Below are positions 28,944 through 37,578 of a stretch of 59,678 bases of DNA, one piece after another (positions within the stretch are counted from its first letter, which is position 1; every line of letters begins with the position of its first letter). Origin of the DNA: Bacteroidota bacterium (GTDB taxonomy: Bacteria; Bacteroidota; Bacteroidia; UBA7662); the NCBI GenBank assembly GCA_005799025.1, contig SYHX01000052.1, forward strand, positions 1 to 59,678. Direction: 5' to 3'. The position numbers and the translations under genes were made by a program. Under the pieces are notes generated by a model. It did no database searches. It saw only the letters and a program-made list of their open reading frames with translations, and was not told the DNA's origin.

Positions 28944-30091
28944 CCAACGATATTTCCCGCATATACTTAGATAATTCTGCGACCACCCCGATACACCCGG
29001 AGGTTGCTTCCGTCATGTCCACTCTTTTGGTCGGGTGTTACGGAAATCCCTCCTCCATTCATTTTCTTGGAAGAGAATCCCGCATCATAATCGAAAAGTC
29101 CCGAAAAAGCATGGCCCAAGCATTAGGCTGCTCACCATCGGAAATATTCTTCACATCAGGTGGAACTGAGTCCGATAATATGGCTTGCCGTTGCGCCGTT
29201 GAAAATTTAGGAATTCGTCGCATCATTTCATCTTCCCTGGAACACCATGCGATTATCCATACCCTAGAGCAGCTTCATAAAGTTTATGGCACTGAAATTT
29301 GTTTGTTGCCAAACGATTCTCAAGGTTTCTTGGATTGTGATAAACTTCAACAATGGCTACAGGAATCGAGGGACCTAAAGATTCCAACACTAGTAACGTT
29401 GATGCACGGCAATAATGAAATTGGAAATTTGTTGGATATTGCAATGGTAGCTAATATGTGCAAATCCCATAACGCTCTTTTTCATTCGGATATGGTCCAA
29501 ACCGTTGGTCATTATCCGTTGAATTTTACAGATTTGGGTCTGGATATGGCAAGTGGCTCTGCTCACAAATTTTATGGCCCCAAAGGTGTAGGATTTATTT
29601 ATATCCGAGGTGGTCTCCAAATAGGAGCCATGTTGGCGGGAGGTTCACAAGAAAGAAACATGCGAGGCGGTACTGAGAATTTGCCCGGAATTGCAGGGAT
29701 GGGTTTGGCATTGGAATTGTCGGTATCCACCATGGAAGAGCGTCGTAAACGTATTACCGGTTTGAAAAAGAAACTCAAAGAAGGCATCCTTCAGGCTATC
29801 CCCGAGGTAACGTTCAACGGTGCCGAACCTTCCATGTACCAGGTTTTGAGTGTTTCTTTTCCTCCTCATCCCAAAGGAGAAATGCTACTCTTTCACCTTG
29901 ATATCGAAGGCGTATGTGCTTCCGGAGGCAGTGCATGCAGCTCAGGGGCTGAATCAAGATCACATGTACTCAACGGTATTGGTATGGCGAACGATCGTAC
30001 GGCAGTCCGATTTTCTTTGGGTTCTCATAACACCGAAGAAGAAATCGATAGAACCCTCCAGGTATTGCAGAAAATCCTTGCGAAATCGTAG
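28940..30091 (+). CDS. Cysteine desulfurase (class V aminotransferase, IscS/NifS family)
   Basis: Motifs seen are IYLDNSATTP, FTSGGTESDN, the PLP lysine SGSAHKFYGPKG and the active-site SGGSACSSG. It shares an ATGA overlap with glmM. Confidence 0.88.
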   Translation: MTNDISRIYLDNSATTPIHPEVASVMSTLLVGCYGNPSSIHFLGRESRIIIEKSRKSMAQALGCSPSEIFFTSGGTESDNMACRCAVENLGIRRIISSSLEHHAIIHTLEQLHKVYGTEICLLPNDSQGFLDCDKLQQWLQESRDLKIPTLVTLMHGNNEIGNLLDIAMVANMCKSHNALFHSDMVQTVGHYPLNFTDLGLDMASGSAHKFYGPKGVGFIYIRGGLQIGAMLAGGSQERNMRGGTENLPGIAGMGLALELSVSTMEERRKRITGLKKKLKEGILQAIPEVTFNGAEPSMYQVLSVSFPPHPKGEMLLFHLDIEGVCASGGSACSSGAESRSHVLNGIGMANDRTAVRFSLGSHNTEEEIDRTLQVLQKILAKS

Positions 30092-30149
30092 TTTCCATCC
30101 AAGCCGCCGTATTCAATGAACCAATGCGTGGGGGAGGGTGTAGTCGTGC

Positions 30150-31256
30150 TCAATTCCTTGAAACCCCCAAAAGAAACGACATGGTATCAATACCATCGGC
30201 ATATCTATCAATCTCCGGGAATTGGCATTGTCCAAATTCTACAGAATGGTAACACCAGGTATTCCATAATTCCTTATCAAATTGGCTTTTGAACGAAGAA
30301 TTCAGCCCCCACTTTTGAGTAAGTTGATTTCCTGACCAACATTGGATCACTGGAATATCCTCTATGACTTTTCGGGCTAAATCTTGACCCGATTGATAAT
30401 AGTCAAAGTGAAGAACGGCAAGGGGAGATGATGCGGATCTGTCCTCAACGAGGATGACCGAGCTGTTGTTATAGAATGGCTTTCGATTGAGCATATGTAG
30501 AGCCAATTGATAGTCTAAATTATTTCGGTAACGATGGTTCGAACCTTCCCATGAATAATGCTCTAAACCCTCCAAAATATGTTGCGGAGACATACCCTCT
30601 GGGACCAAAAGCTTTGACACGTTTCGGCATCCTTTACCGTAATACATAAAAATATCCTGACCCAAACGACCCCAATCTTCAGGACGTTCCTGACCGTCAA
30701 GGATGGCAATGGAATTTCGATGGGACCTGAACAAGTGAGGAATATGCCCAAAATACTGGTCGAAGTAGGGTATGGTAGACGCTGAACCCGTTGCAATCAG
30801 GGCATCCACCTGATTGAGCTTTTCGAAGATACTGAAACGACCACTCCACTCAGGTTTCAAGGCAAGTAACCCCTGCATTGCCCATGATATAAGACCTGCA
30901 TCCTCTGAGGACGGCTTAACGTGGGCCGAATGACCCGCAATTAAAGTGCAAAGCACATCGTGCAAGCCTGCCAGTGGAATATTACCAGGTAGGATTAAAC
31001 CCACATTCCTTGGCTTTTTATTGGCTGCCAATGCTTCTTCATAACGAGTAAGCCATCGTTCAAGTCGTGTATTCTGCAAGGAATTGGACCACGCTTCTAG
31101 GGCATACTGAAGCATTCTAGGCTCGAACCAAGGGTTTTGGACTGCAACAGAAGACGACCATTTCTGCCAATCATCGCGATCCACCGTTGACCTCATCCAT
31201 TGGCCCCATAGATGGAGGACCGAGACAAGGTGCGATGCTGCAGAATTTGATGACAT
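30150..31256 (-). CDS. LuxC-like acyl-CoA reductase family protein
   Basis: LPGNIPLAGLHDVLCTLIAGH and the overall size resemble the acyl-CoA reductase found divergent from a ferredoxin gene in Bacteroidota. I chose ATG 31256 because the ORF start at 31310 would overlap the ferredoxin start. Confidence 0.6.
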   Translation of the reverse strand: MSSNSAASHLVSVLHLWGQWMRSTVDRDDWQKWSSSVAVQNPWFEPRMLQYALEAWSNSLQNTRLERWLTRYEEALAANKKPRNVGLILPGNIPLAGLHDVLCTLIAGHSAHVKPSSEDAGLISWAMQGLLALKPEWSGRFSIFEKLNQVDALIATGSASTIPYFDQYFGHIPHLFRSHRNSIAILDGQERPEDWGRLGQDIFMYYGKGCRNVSKLLVPEGMSPQHILEGLEHYSWEGSNHRYRNNLDYQLALHMLNRKPFYNNSSVILVEDRSASSPLAVLHFDYYQSGQDLARKVIEDIPVIQCWSGNQLTQKWGLNSSFKSQFDKELWNTWCYHSVEFGQCQFPEIDRYADGIDTMSFLLGVSRN

Positions 31257-31299
31257 AGAAAGGTATTTGTTGTAAATTTGAGTTGCAAAATAGGATAGA

Positions 31300-31650
31300 A
31301 TGGCCATCATGATAACCGATCAGTGCATCAATTGCGGTGCATGTGAACCGGAATGTCCCAACAACGCGATTTATGAGGGAGGTATTTCTTGGAAATATGC
31401 CGAGGGCACCCAACTTCGTGAAATGGTTCAACGATCAGACGGATCCTTGGTTCATGCCCAAGACCCTATGACCCCGGTGAGCGATGATCTTTATTTTATT
31501 GTCCCCGATAAATGTACCGAATGCGAAGGTTTTCATGAAGAGCCTCAGTGTGCGGCGGTATGCCCAGTCGATTGCTGTGTTCCTGATCCCGAGCACAAAG
31601 AGTCCAAGGCTATCTTGCTCGACAGAAAGCAATACCTGCATGAATCATAA
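31300..31650 (+). CDS. 4Fe-4S dicluster ferredoxin
   Basis: Two cluster motifs are present, CINCGACEPECP and CTECEGFHEEPQCAAVCP. The protein is 116 aa. Confidence 0.87.
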   Translation: MAIMITDQCINCGACEPECPNNAIYEGGISWKYAEGTQLREMVQRSDGSLVHAQDPMTPVSDDLYFIVPDKCTECEGFHEEPQCAAVCPVDCCVPDPEHKESKAILLDRKQYLHES

Positions 31651-31658
31651 CATGGAAT

Positions 31659-34424
31659 TTGTATGATTATTTCTTTGAAAACATTACATACTCTGTGATT
31701 CCAGATTCGCCACAGCTACCGAAAATCAAAGTAGGGATTCTTTTTGGTGGTAATTCCCGCGAAAGAGAAGTTTCTTTTGCAGGAGGCCGTACGGTTTATG
31801 ATTTACTGAACAAAAGCATTTTTGAAGCAATTCCGTTTTTTGTTGATTCCTTTGGGTATTTGGTGGAGCTTGATTGGCCCTTTTTGTACAAAGGGAGTAT
31901 TAGAGACTTTTATCCTCCTTCAAGGTCATTCAACCACGAGTCAAAGTCTGATCATACCGATTCTACAAATACTGTTTCACAAAGCTCTTGGATGCCCTAT
32001 GCCGAACAGCATGAAGACTCGAGTCAACATGCAGAGGCATGGAGGAATGCAATAGGGAAACCTGTAGCTTGGGAAGACCTATCCCAAAGAATTGATTTGG
32101 TATTTATGGCATTGCACGGAAGGAATGGGGAAGATGGCCGGGTGCAGTCCATTTTGGATTTTTGGGAAATTCCTTATACGGGCTGTGGTGCTCGCTCTGC
32201 TGCATGGGGAATGAACAAGGTAGCTCAGCGGAGAGATATGCAGGCATCAGGCTGGGATGTTCCAAGTTACTTGTCCATTCCTAGGTTAGATTGGGTGGGG
32301 AATGGCTCTTCAGCCAGGGCTCTTTGGGTTGAGAAAATCATGATGCAATTTCCGAACGGTTGTGTTATCAAGGCTGCAAATCAAGGAAGCAGCATAGGTC
32401 TAACCTTGTTACGCGATTTGGATGCTAAGGCCATTGAAGAGGCCGTTGATAAAGCCTTTTTCACGTCAAGAATCTATAAGGCAGAATATCTAAATTCCGA
32501 CGGCACGGCCTTGGATCGATTGGCTGATTTTCGAACTGGCGTTGGATTTCCTTTGAGGGATCGAGCTTCAGGAAAGGTCTGGTATTCACCCACAGCTTGG
32601 GAGCATTGGTTTCTGAATGATTTTACGGGGGATATTTGCGAAAAGGAATCTTTGGATTCAGAAACTGATGTTTTGGTCGAAGAAATCATTGTTGGAAAAG
32701 AATTCTCTTGCATCGTTCTCGAAAAGATGGATTCTACTGTCTCTGCCTTGCCACCAACTGAAATTACATCTTCTCAAGAATTTTATGATTATCGATCCAA
32801 GTACCTCCCAGGACTTGCACGCAAGAAAACCCCCATTGATTTACCGAATGAACAAATTCATCAAATACGAAGGTCCTGTGAAAAACTTTTTAATGACTTT
32901 GATTTCTCAGTTTATGCACGTATTGATGGTTTTGTAACTAATGAGGGTAGAATCTACCTGAACGATCCTAATACTACATCGGGGATGATGCCCTCATCAT
33001 TTTTCTTTCAACAGGCTGCTGAAATTGGATTAAGTCCGTCGGCATTCCTTACCTATATCATAAGTGCCTCAATCAACGCAAGATTTAAAGAAAACCCCGC
33101 CTCCGATAGGTGCAAGAAATTAGAGAAACAGCTTGGTCAGTCTCTTGATTTGGTAAAGCAAGGTCAAGGGAAACGCAAGAGAATCGGCGTACTTATGGGG
33201 GGCTATTCTTCGGAACGGCATATTTCAGTAGAATCTGGTCGCAATATTTACGAAAAAATTTCTTCTACAGAAGGCTACGAAGCTATTTCTTTGTTTCTAA
33301 GCGGCAGCCCACAAAGTTGGGATCTTCATGAATTGCCAATTCATCTTCATTTGAAGGATAACGCAGATGATATTTTAACAGAAATTCAAAATGCTACAAG
33401 ACCGGGGGTGCTTGGACAAATCCGTGATGATTTCAAGGAGCTTTTGGGCATCTATGCTCCCAATGCCTTGGAATTTCCTATGCCCATTGCTTGGGAAGAA
33501 TTGGTAAATCAAGTTGATTTTGTTTTTATTGCCTTGCACGGAAGACCTGGTGAAGACGGGGCCTTGCAAGCACGACTGGATTCCTTGGGAATTCCATACA
33601 ACGGATCAGGGGTTAGCAGCAGCGCTTTAACAATAGATAAATTTCTTACTGGTCAATTGCTTCGTTCTTCTGGTCTTAAAGTGGCTGAACAGAAGCGAAT
33701 TTCAATCGAAGATTGGCGCGATGGTTTATACAAACCATTGTTGAAAGAGAAAGGTATTTGGCCTATGATTGCCAAGCCGCTTGATGATGGATGTTCAACG
33801 GCGGTTTACCGAGTGACATGCAAGGAAGAATTAGAAGCGTATGCGGAATTATCTTTTCGTGAAGTCAATGTTTGGCCCACGGAAGCCGCCTCATTACTGA
33901 AAGTTCATGGGGCTGAATGGTTTAATCGTTCGAGTGCATTTTTACTTGAGGAATTTATTTCAGCTCGCGAGAATGAATATTTATTGGAAATAACAGGGGC
34001 AATGTTGGTTCAAACGAATGCTGCAGGTCAGCGGTCTTACGAGGTCTTTGAGCCCTCGGAAAGTATTGCTGGACAAGGGATATTAAGCCTTGAAGAAAAG
34101 TTTCTGGCAGGACAAGGAACCAACATAACTCCAGCAAGTTTTGCAGAAGCACACGATGAACAGTGTCGGATAATGGGAATCGTGCAAGCAGAACTTTGCA
34201 AAGCAGCAGAGGTGGCCGGCGTTGAAGGTTATTGCCGAATTGATGCCTTTGTTGGAATATCCAAAGATGAGGATATTCGCGTAGTCATCATTGAGATTAA
34301 TTCACTCCCGGGTATGACACCCGCTACATGCATATACCATCAGGCGGCAATCGCCGGTTACTCTCCTCATCAGTTTATCGCAAAATTAATTGAATTAGGA
34401 ATCGAAAAAATGCAAAAAACATGA
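31659..34424 (+). CDS. ddl: Tandem double D-alanine--D-alanine ligase family (ATP-grasp) protein, 921 aa
   Basis: There are two full Ddl modules in one frame. Module 1 has VGILFGGNSREREVS, ALHGRNGEDG, KAANQGSSIG and ARIDGF...NDPNTTSGM. Module 2 has IGVLMGGYSSERHIS, ALHGRPGEDG, KPLDDGCSTAV and CRIDAF...IEINSLPGMTP. The start is TTG 31659 or GTG 31695. Confidence 0.8.
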   Translation: MYDYFFENITYSVIPDSPQLPKIKVGILFGGNSREREVSFAGGRTVYDLLNKSIFEAIPFFVDSFGYLVELDWPFLYKGSIRDFYPPSRSFNHESKSDHTDSTNTVSQSSWMPYAEQHEDSSQHAEAWRNAIGKPVAWEDLSQRIDLVFMALHGRNGEDGRVQSILDFWEIPYTGCGARSAAWGMNKVAQRRDMQASGWDVPSYLSIPRLDWVGNGSSARALWVEKIMMQFPNGCVIKAANQGSSIGLTLLRDLDAKAIEEAVDKAFFTSRIYKAEYLNSDGTALDRLADFRTGVGFPLRDRASGKVWYSPTAWEHWFLNDFTGDICEKESLDSETDVLVEEIIVGKEFSCIVLEKMDSTVSALPPTEITSSQEFYDYRSKYLPGLARKKTPIDLPNEQIHQIRRSCEKLFNDFDFSVYARIDGFVTNEGRIYLNDPNTTSGMMPSSFFFQQAAEIGLSPSAFLTYIISASINARFKENPASDRCKKLEKQLGQSLDLVKQGQGKRKRIGVLMGGYSSERHISVESGRNIYEKISSTEGYEAISLFLSGSPQSWDLHELPIHLHLKDNADDILTEIQNATRPGVLGQIRDDFKELLGIYAPNALEFPMPIAWEELVNQVDFVFIALHGRPGEDGALQARLDSLGIPYNGSGVSSSALTIDKFLTGQLLRSSGLKVAEQKRISIEDWRDGLYKPLLKEKGIWPMIAKPLDDGCSTAVYRVTCKEELEAYAELSFREVNVWPTEAASLLKVHGAEWFNRSSAFLLEEFISARENEYLLEITGAMLVQTNAAGQRSYEVFEPSESIAGQGILSLEEKFLAGQGTNITPASFAEAHDEQCRIMGIVQAELCKAAEVAGVEGYCRIDAFVGISKDEDIRVVIIEINSLPGMTPATCIYHQAAIAGYSPHQFIAKLIELGIEKMQKT

Positions 34425-34993
34425 ATCCTTCAGTACGTAAATTTTGGTTATGGTTTTTTTCGATAAACCTTGTGTTGATTATTGGAATATTTCTAAGTAT
34501 TAAAATCTATACTGCACATGGTCAATCCATTAAAATCCCGGTTCTTGTAGGTCTTTCTGTTGAGAAGGCTAAAAGTATTTTGGATGAAATGAAATTAGAA
34601 GTTGTGATTGCAGATTCTTTGTTTGAATTAAACATGCCACCCGGCTCTGTTATACATACAGATCCTTCAGCGGGAATTGAGGTTAAGGTAGGTAGGAGGG
34701 TATACCTGACCTTAAATTCATTTACCCCAACACTATCGAGAGTTCCGAATTTAACGGATCTATCATTACATAAAGCCTCCATCGATCTAAAAGCGAAGGG
34801 CTTTTTCATCGGACAAATCGTTAAGCGGCCTGATATTGCTAAAGATTTTGTCCTCTTTGGTGAATTTAATGGTAGGACCTTAAGGGAAGGAGAAATGCTT
34901 CCGATGGGTTCAACGATAGACCTCTATGTAGGTACGGGCGAGAATGTAAATGAGGTAGATAGCACTTCATTGGTTTATGAAGAAGAATATTAA
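34421..34993 (+). CDS. PASTA domain-containing membrane protein
   Basis: An N-terminal TM helix (FWLWFFSINLVLIIGIFLSI) is followed by two PASTA-like repeats (IPVLVGLSVEKAKSILDEMKLEV... and VPNLTDLSLHKASIDLKAKGF...). It shares an ATGA overlap with the ddl-like gene. Confidence 0.7.
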   Translation: MNPSVRKFWLWFFSINLVLIIGIFLSIKIYTAHGQSIKIPVLVGLSVEKAKSILDEMKLEVVIADSLFELNMPPGSVIHTDPSAGIEVKVGRRVYLTLNSFTPTLSRVPNLTDLSLHKASIDLKAKGFFIGQIVKRPDIAKDFVLFGEFNGRTLREGEMLPMGSTIDLYVGTGENVNEVDSTSLVYEEEY

Positions 34994-35072
34994 TCGGGAG
35001 GTCATAAAGTATAAGGTTATAATTTAAGAAATTATTTTGCGTTTTAGATTTTCTTGAATCATCAAAAAATAT

Positions 35073-36995
35073 ATGAGTATTTTTGTTAAGAGTTTTATTT
35101 TACTTTTTTTCTTTTTCGGGAAAATACTGGTATATGCCCAGGAAGGAGTATTTCCTATACGTTTTAATTCAACCTTACAGAATTTTTATATCCAAGCGAC
35201 AAATACAGGACCTACCGGAATTCTACGTTCCAACGATACTCTGACTTTGCCATTTGTGGATGACTTCTCCTATTCCGGGTTTATTCCCAACCCTCATTTG
35301 TGGGCGGATCGTCATGTTTTTCGCAACAACGATATGGCGATACGACCTCCAGGACAAGGATTTGTGACCTTTGATGGATTGGATTCCACAGGTCGTCCTT
35401 ACGATAATAGTTCTTTGTCTGCCTCAGGTCGAGCGGATTTTTTAACAACGCTGCCAATCCGCCTTGGATCTTTTACTGTGGCAGATTCTTTGGTTTTGAC
35501 TTTTGCGTATCAACCGGCGGGTTGGTCAGAAAGCCCTGAGCCCACCGATTCGTTGATTTTGGAGTTTCAGTCGAGCAGCGGTGCGTGGAACCGGGTTTGG
35601 TATGCGAATGGTTCATCGGCCCTGCCTTTTCGGTATGCAATCATTGGCTTGAACGATCCGCAATATCTCTACGATGGGATGCGTATGCGGTGGGTGAATT
35701 ACGGATCCCTCACGGGCTTAGTGGATTGCTGGCATTTGGATTATGTTTTCCTTAATTCGAGTAGAACCATTTCGGATACTCTTTTTAATGACATTGCTTT
35801 GGTGCAAACCAATGCTACATACCTACGTCCTTACCGAAGTATGCCCCTGAATCAATTTTTGCAGGATACCTCCAGATTCCTGAATCCTACGCACGGTGTT
35901 TCTGTAGTGAATAACGGTGGCTCGGTAAGCTACGATCGCTCCTATCGCGTGTTTTCTCCAAGTTCCTCGGTTCCTTTGGTCACCAGTTCACCCTTACCCT
36001 CTTTGACGTTGGGGACCTTGGGCAGTACGGGATTGATTTTTCAGCGATTTGCCGTTCCCACAAGCAGCGCGGATAGCCTGACCCTTCGAATTGAATATGC
36101 GGTGCAGGCTGTAGGAGACAACCTCACTCGCAATGATACTTTGATGGAATCTGTAAAGCTTTGGAATGAATTTGCGTACGATGACGGGACCGCCGAAACC
36201 GGGTATGGAATTAATGTGATTGCTGGTTCCTGTGCGAATAAATTTTGGCTTTCGAGGCCCGATACATTGAGGGGAGTTTGGATATACTTCACCCAAGCCG
36301 CCGCTAATGCTTCCAACGAGTTGTTTGTTCTCAAAGTTTGGTCCCAAATTCAAGAAGGGGGCAGATCGGCAACCGAAATTTTTCGGTCTTCCATCCCTTA
36401 CCGCCCTCGGTATGGAGATAGCATTGGACAATTTCAATACTTTGCAATTAACCCTCCTTTGGTCGTTCAGGATTCTTTCTATATCGGGTGGCAGCAAGAA
36501 ACTTCAGGGCTCATTAACATAGGGCTTGATCGCAATGACACCTTGGTTCGCTATAACCGATGGTTTAATACCCAAGGTATTTGGGAGGAATCCTCAATCG
36601 CAGGTTCCTGGATGATTCGTCCTGTCATGGGGGGACCCTTTCGGTATCCAACGTATAACCAACCTCTCAAGAATGCAGTCCACTCGGAATGGCTGGTAAT
36701 TCCGAACCCTGTAAATAGCTCGATTCCAGTAATCAGCATTCGGGGATTCGGTCAATTGAAGTATGCTCAGGTACACAATGTTACAGGGGAATTAATGGCA
36801 CATTATCGTTTGGGAGTTTCGCAAGACGATCAACCAATCCCAAGTCAGGCAACGACCATATTTGAGTCACTCTTGGAGTCTGATGGATCCTACCAAATCG
36901 AAATTCCATTAAAGGCTACGAAGCCGGGTGTTTACTTCTTTTTGCTTCAGGAAGTTGACGGCTCTTTTCATCGTTGCAAATTCCTAATCCAATAA
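35073..36995 (+). CDS. Secreted protein of unknown function with T9SS type A (Por_Secre_tail) C-terminal domain
   Basis: Signal peptide MSIFVKSFILLFFFFGKILVYAQ. The C-terminus reads LVIPNPVNSSIPVISI...VHNVTGELM...KPGVYFFLLQ...CKFLIQ, which is typical of a type A CTD. I recognise no catalytic motif. Confidence 0.65.
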   Translation: MSIFVKSFILLFFFFGKILVYAQEGVFPIRFNSTLQNFYIQATNTGPTGILRSNDTLTLPFVDDFSYSGFIPNPHLWADRHVFRNNDMAIRPPGQGFVTFDGLDSTGRPYDNSSLSASGRADFLTTLPIRLGSFTVADSLVLTFAYQPAGWSESPEPTDSLILEFQSSSGAWNRVWYANGSSALPFRYAIIGLNDPQYLYDGMRMRWVNYGSLTGLVDCWHLDYVFLNSSRTISDTLFNDIALVQTNATYLRPYRSMPLNQFLQDTSRFLNPTHGVSVVNNGGSVSYDRSYRVFSPSSSVPLVTSSPLPSLTLGTLGSTGLIFQRFAVPTSSADSLTLRIEYAVQAVGDNLTRNDTLMESVKLWNEFAYDDGTAETGYGINVIAGSCANKFWLSRPDTLRGVWIYFTQAAANASNELFVLKVWSQIQEGGRSATEIFRSSIPYRPRYGDSIGQFQYFAINPPLVVQDSFYIGWQQETSGLINIGLDRNDTLVRYNRWFNTQGIWEESSIAGSWMIRPVMGGPFRYPTYNQPLKNAVHSEWLVIPNPVNSSIPVISIRGFGQLKYAQVHNVTGELMAHYRLGVSQDDQPIPSQATTIFESLLESDGSYQIEIPLKATKPGVYFFLLQEVDGSFHRCKFLIQ

Positions 36996-37006
36996 CCTCG
37001 TTGCTT

Positions 37007-37546
37007 ATGCCCTCGAATACAAATTCCAAGAATCCATCGCAATCCTTGACGGTGATGAATGAATTAGTATTACCTAATGATACTAATACGTTGAATAATT
37101 TGATGGGAGGCAGGCTCTTGCATTGGATGGATATATGCGCTGCAATTGCAGCTCAGAAGCATGCTAACCGAATTGTGGTAACCGCTTCTGTAGATAATGT
37201 GAGCTTCAGTCGAGCAATTCGACTTGGGAATTTGGTGAGTTTAACCGCCAGGGTAACCCGTGCCTTTCAAACCTCGATGGAGGTTCACCTTGAGGTCTGG
37301 TGCGAGAACATTCCTCAAGGAATTCGTCATCTGTGCAACAAGGCCTATTTCACCTTTGTGGCGGTGGATGATGCAGGTATGCCCACCCAAGTTCCGGAAC
37401 TTGTGCCTGAAACAGAGGAAGACCAGATTCACTTTGCAGGAGCATTGCGCAGACGGCAACTCAGGTTGGTACTCGGTGGTCGTATGAAGCCCAGCGAAGC
37501 CAATGAGCTGCGCTCAATTTTCGAAAGCAATCCAGGGAAACCTTAA
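37007..37546 (+). CDS. Acyl-CoA thioesterase (hotdog fold, YciA/BFIT-like)
   Basis: Motifs seen are VLPNDTNTLNNLMGGRLLHWMD and TASVDNVSF. ATG 37007 was chosen because the ORF-track start 36974 overlaps the upstream gene. Confidence 0.85.
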   Translation: MPSNTNSKNPSQSLTVMNELVLPNDTNTLNNLMGGRLLHWMDICAAIAAQKHANRIVVTASVDNVSFSRAIRLGNLVSLTARVTRAFQTSMEVHLEVWCENIPQGIRHLCNKAYFTFVAVDDAGMPTQVPELVPETEEDQIHFAGALRRRQLRLVLGGRMKPSEANELRSIFESNPGKP

Positions 37547-37578
37547 AAATCGGGATTGTGTGTGGCAATTGTTTAAGG

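Noticed and set aside
35994-36497. Long antisense or alternative-frame ORFs inside confident genes: 35994-36497(-), 38506-39069(+), 40313-40882(-), 49113-49625(-), 48543-48983(-), 12703-13149(+) and 1416-1955(+).
   Set aside because: Each is fully nested in a gene with strong family motifs (T9SS cargo, M16 peptidases, gyrA, lepA, SBP). None has a recognisable motif or plausible start context. Such shadow ORFs are expected at this GC content.
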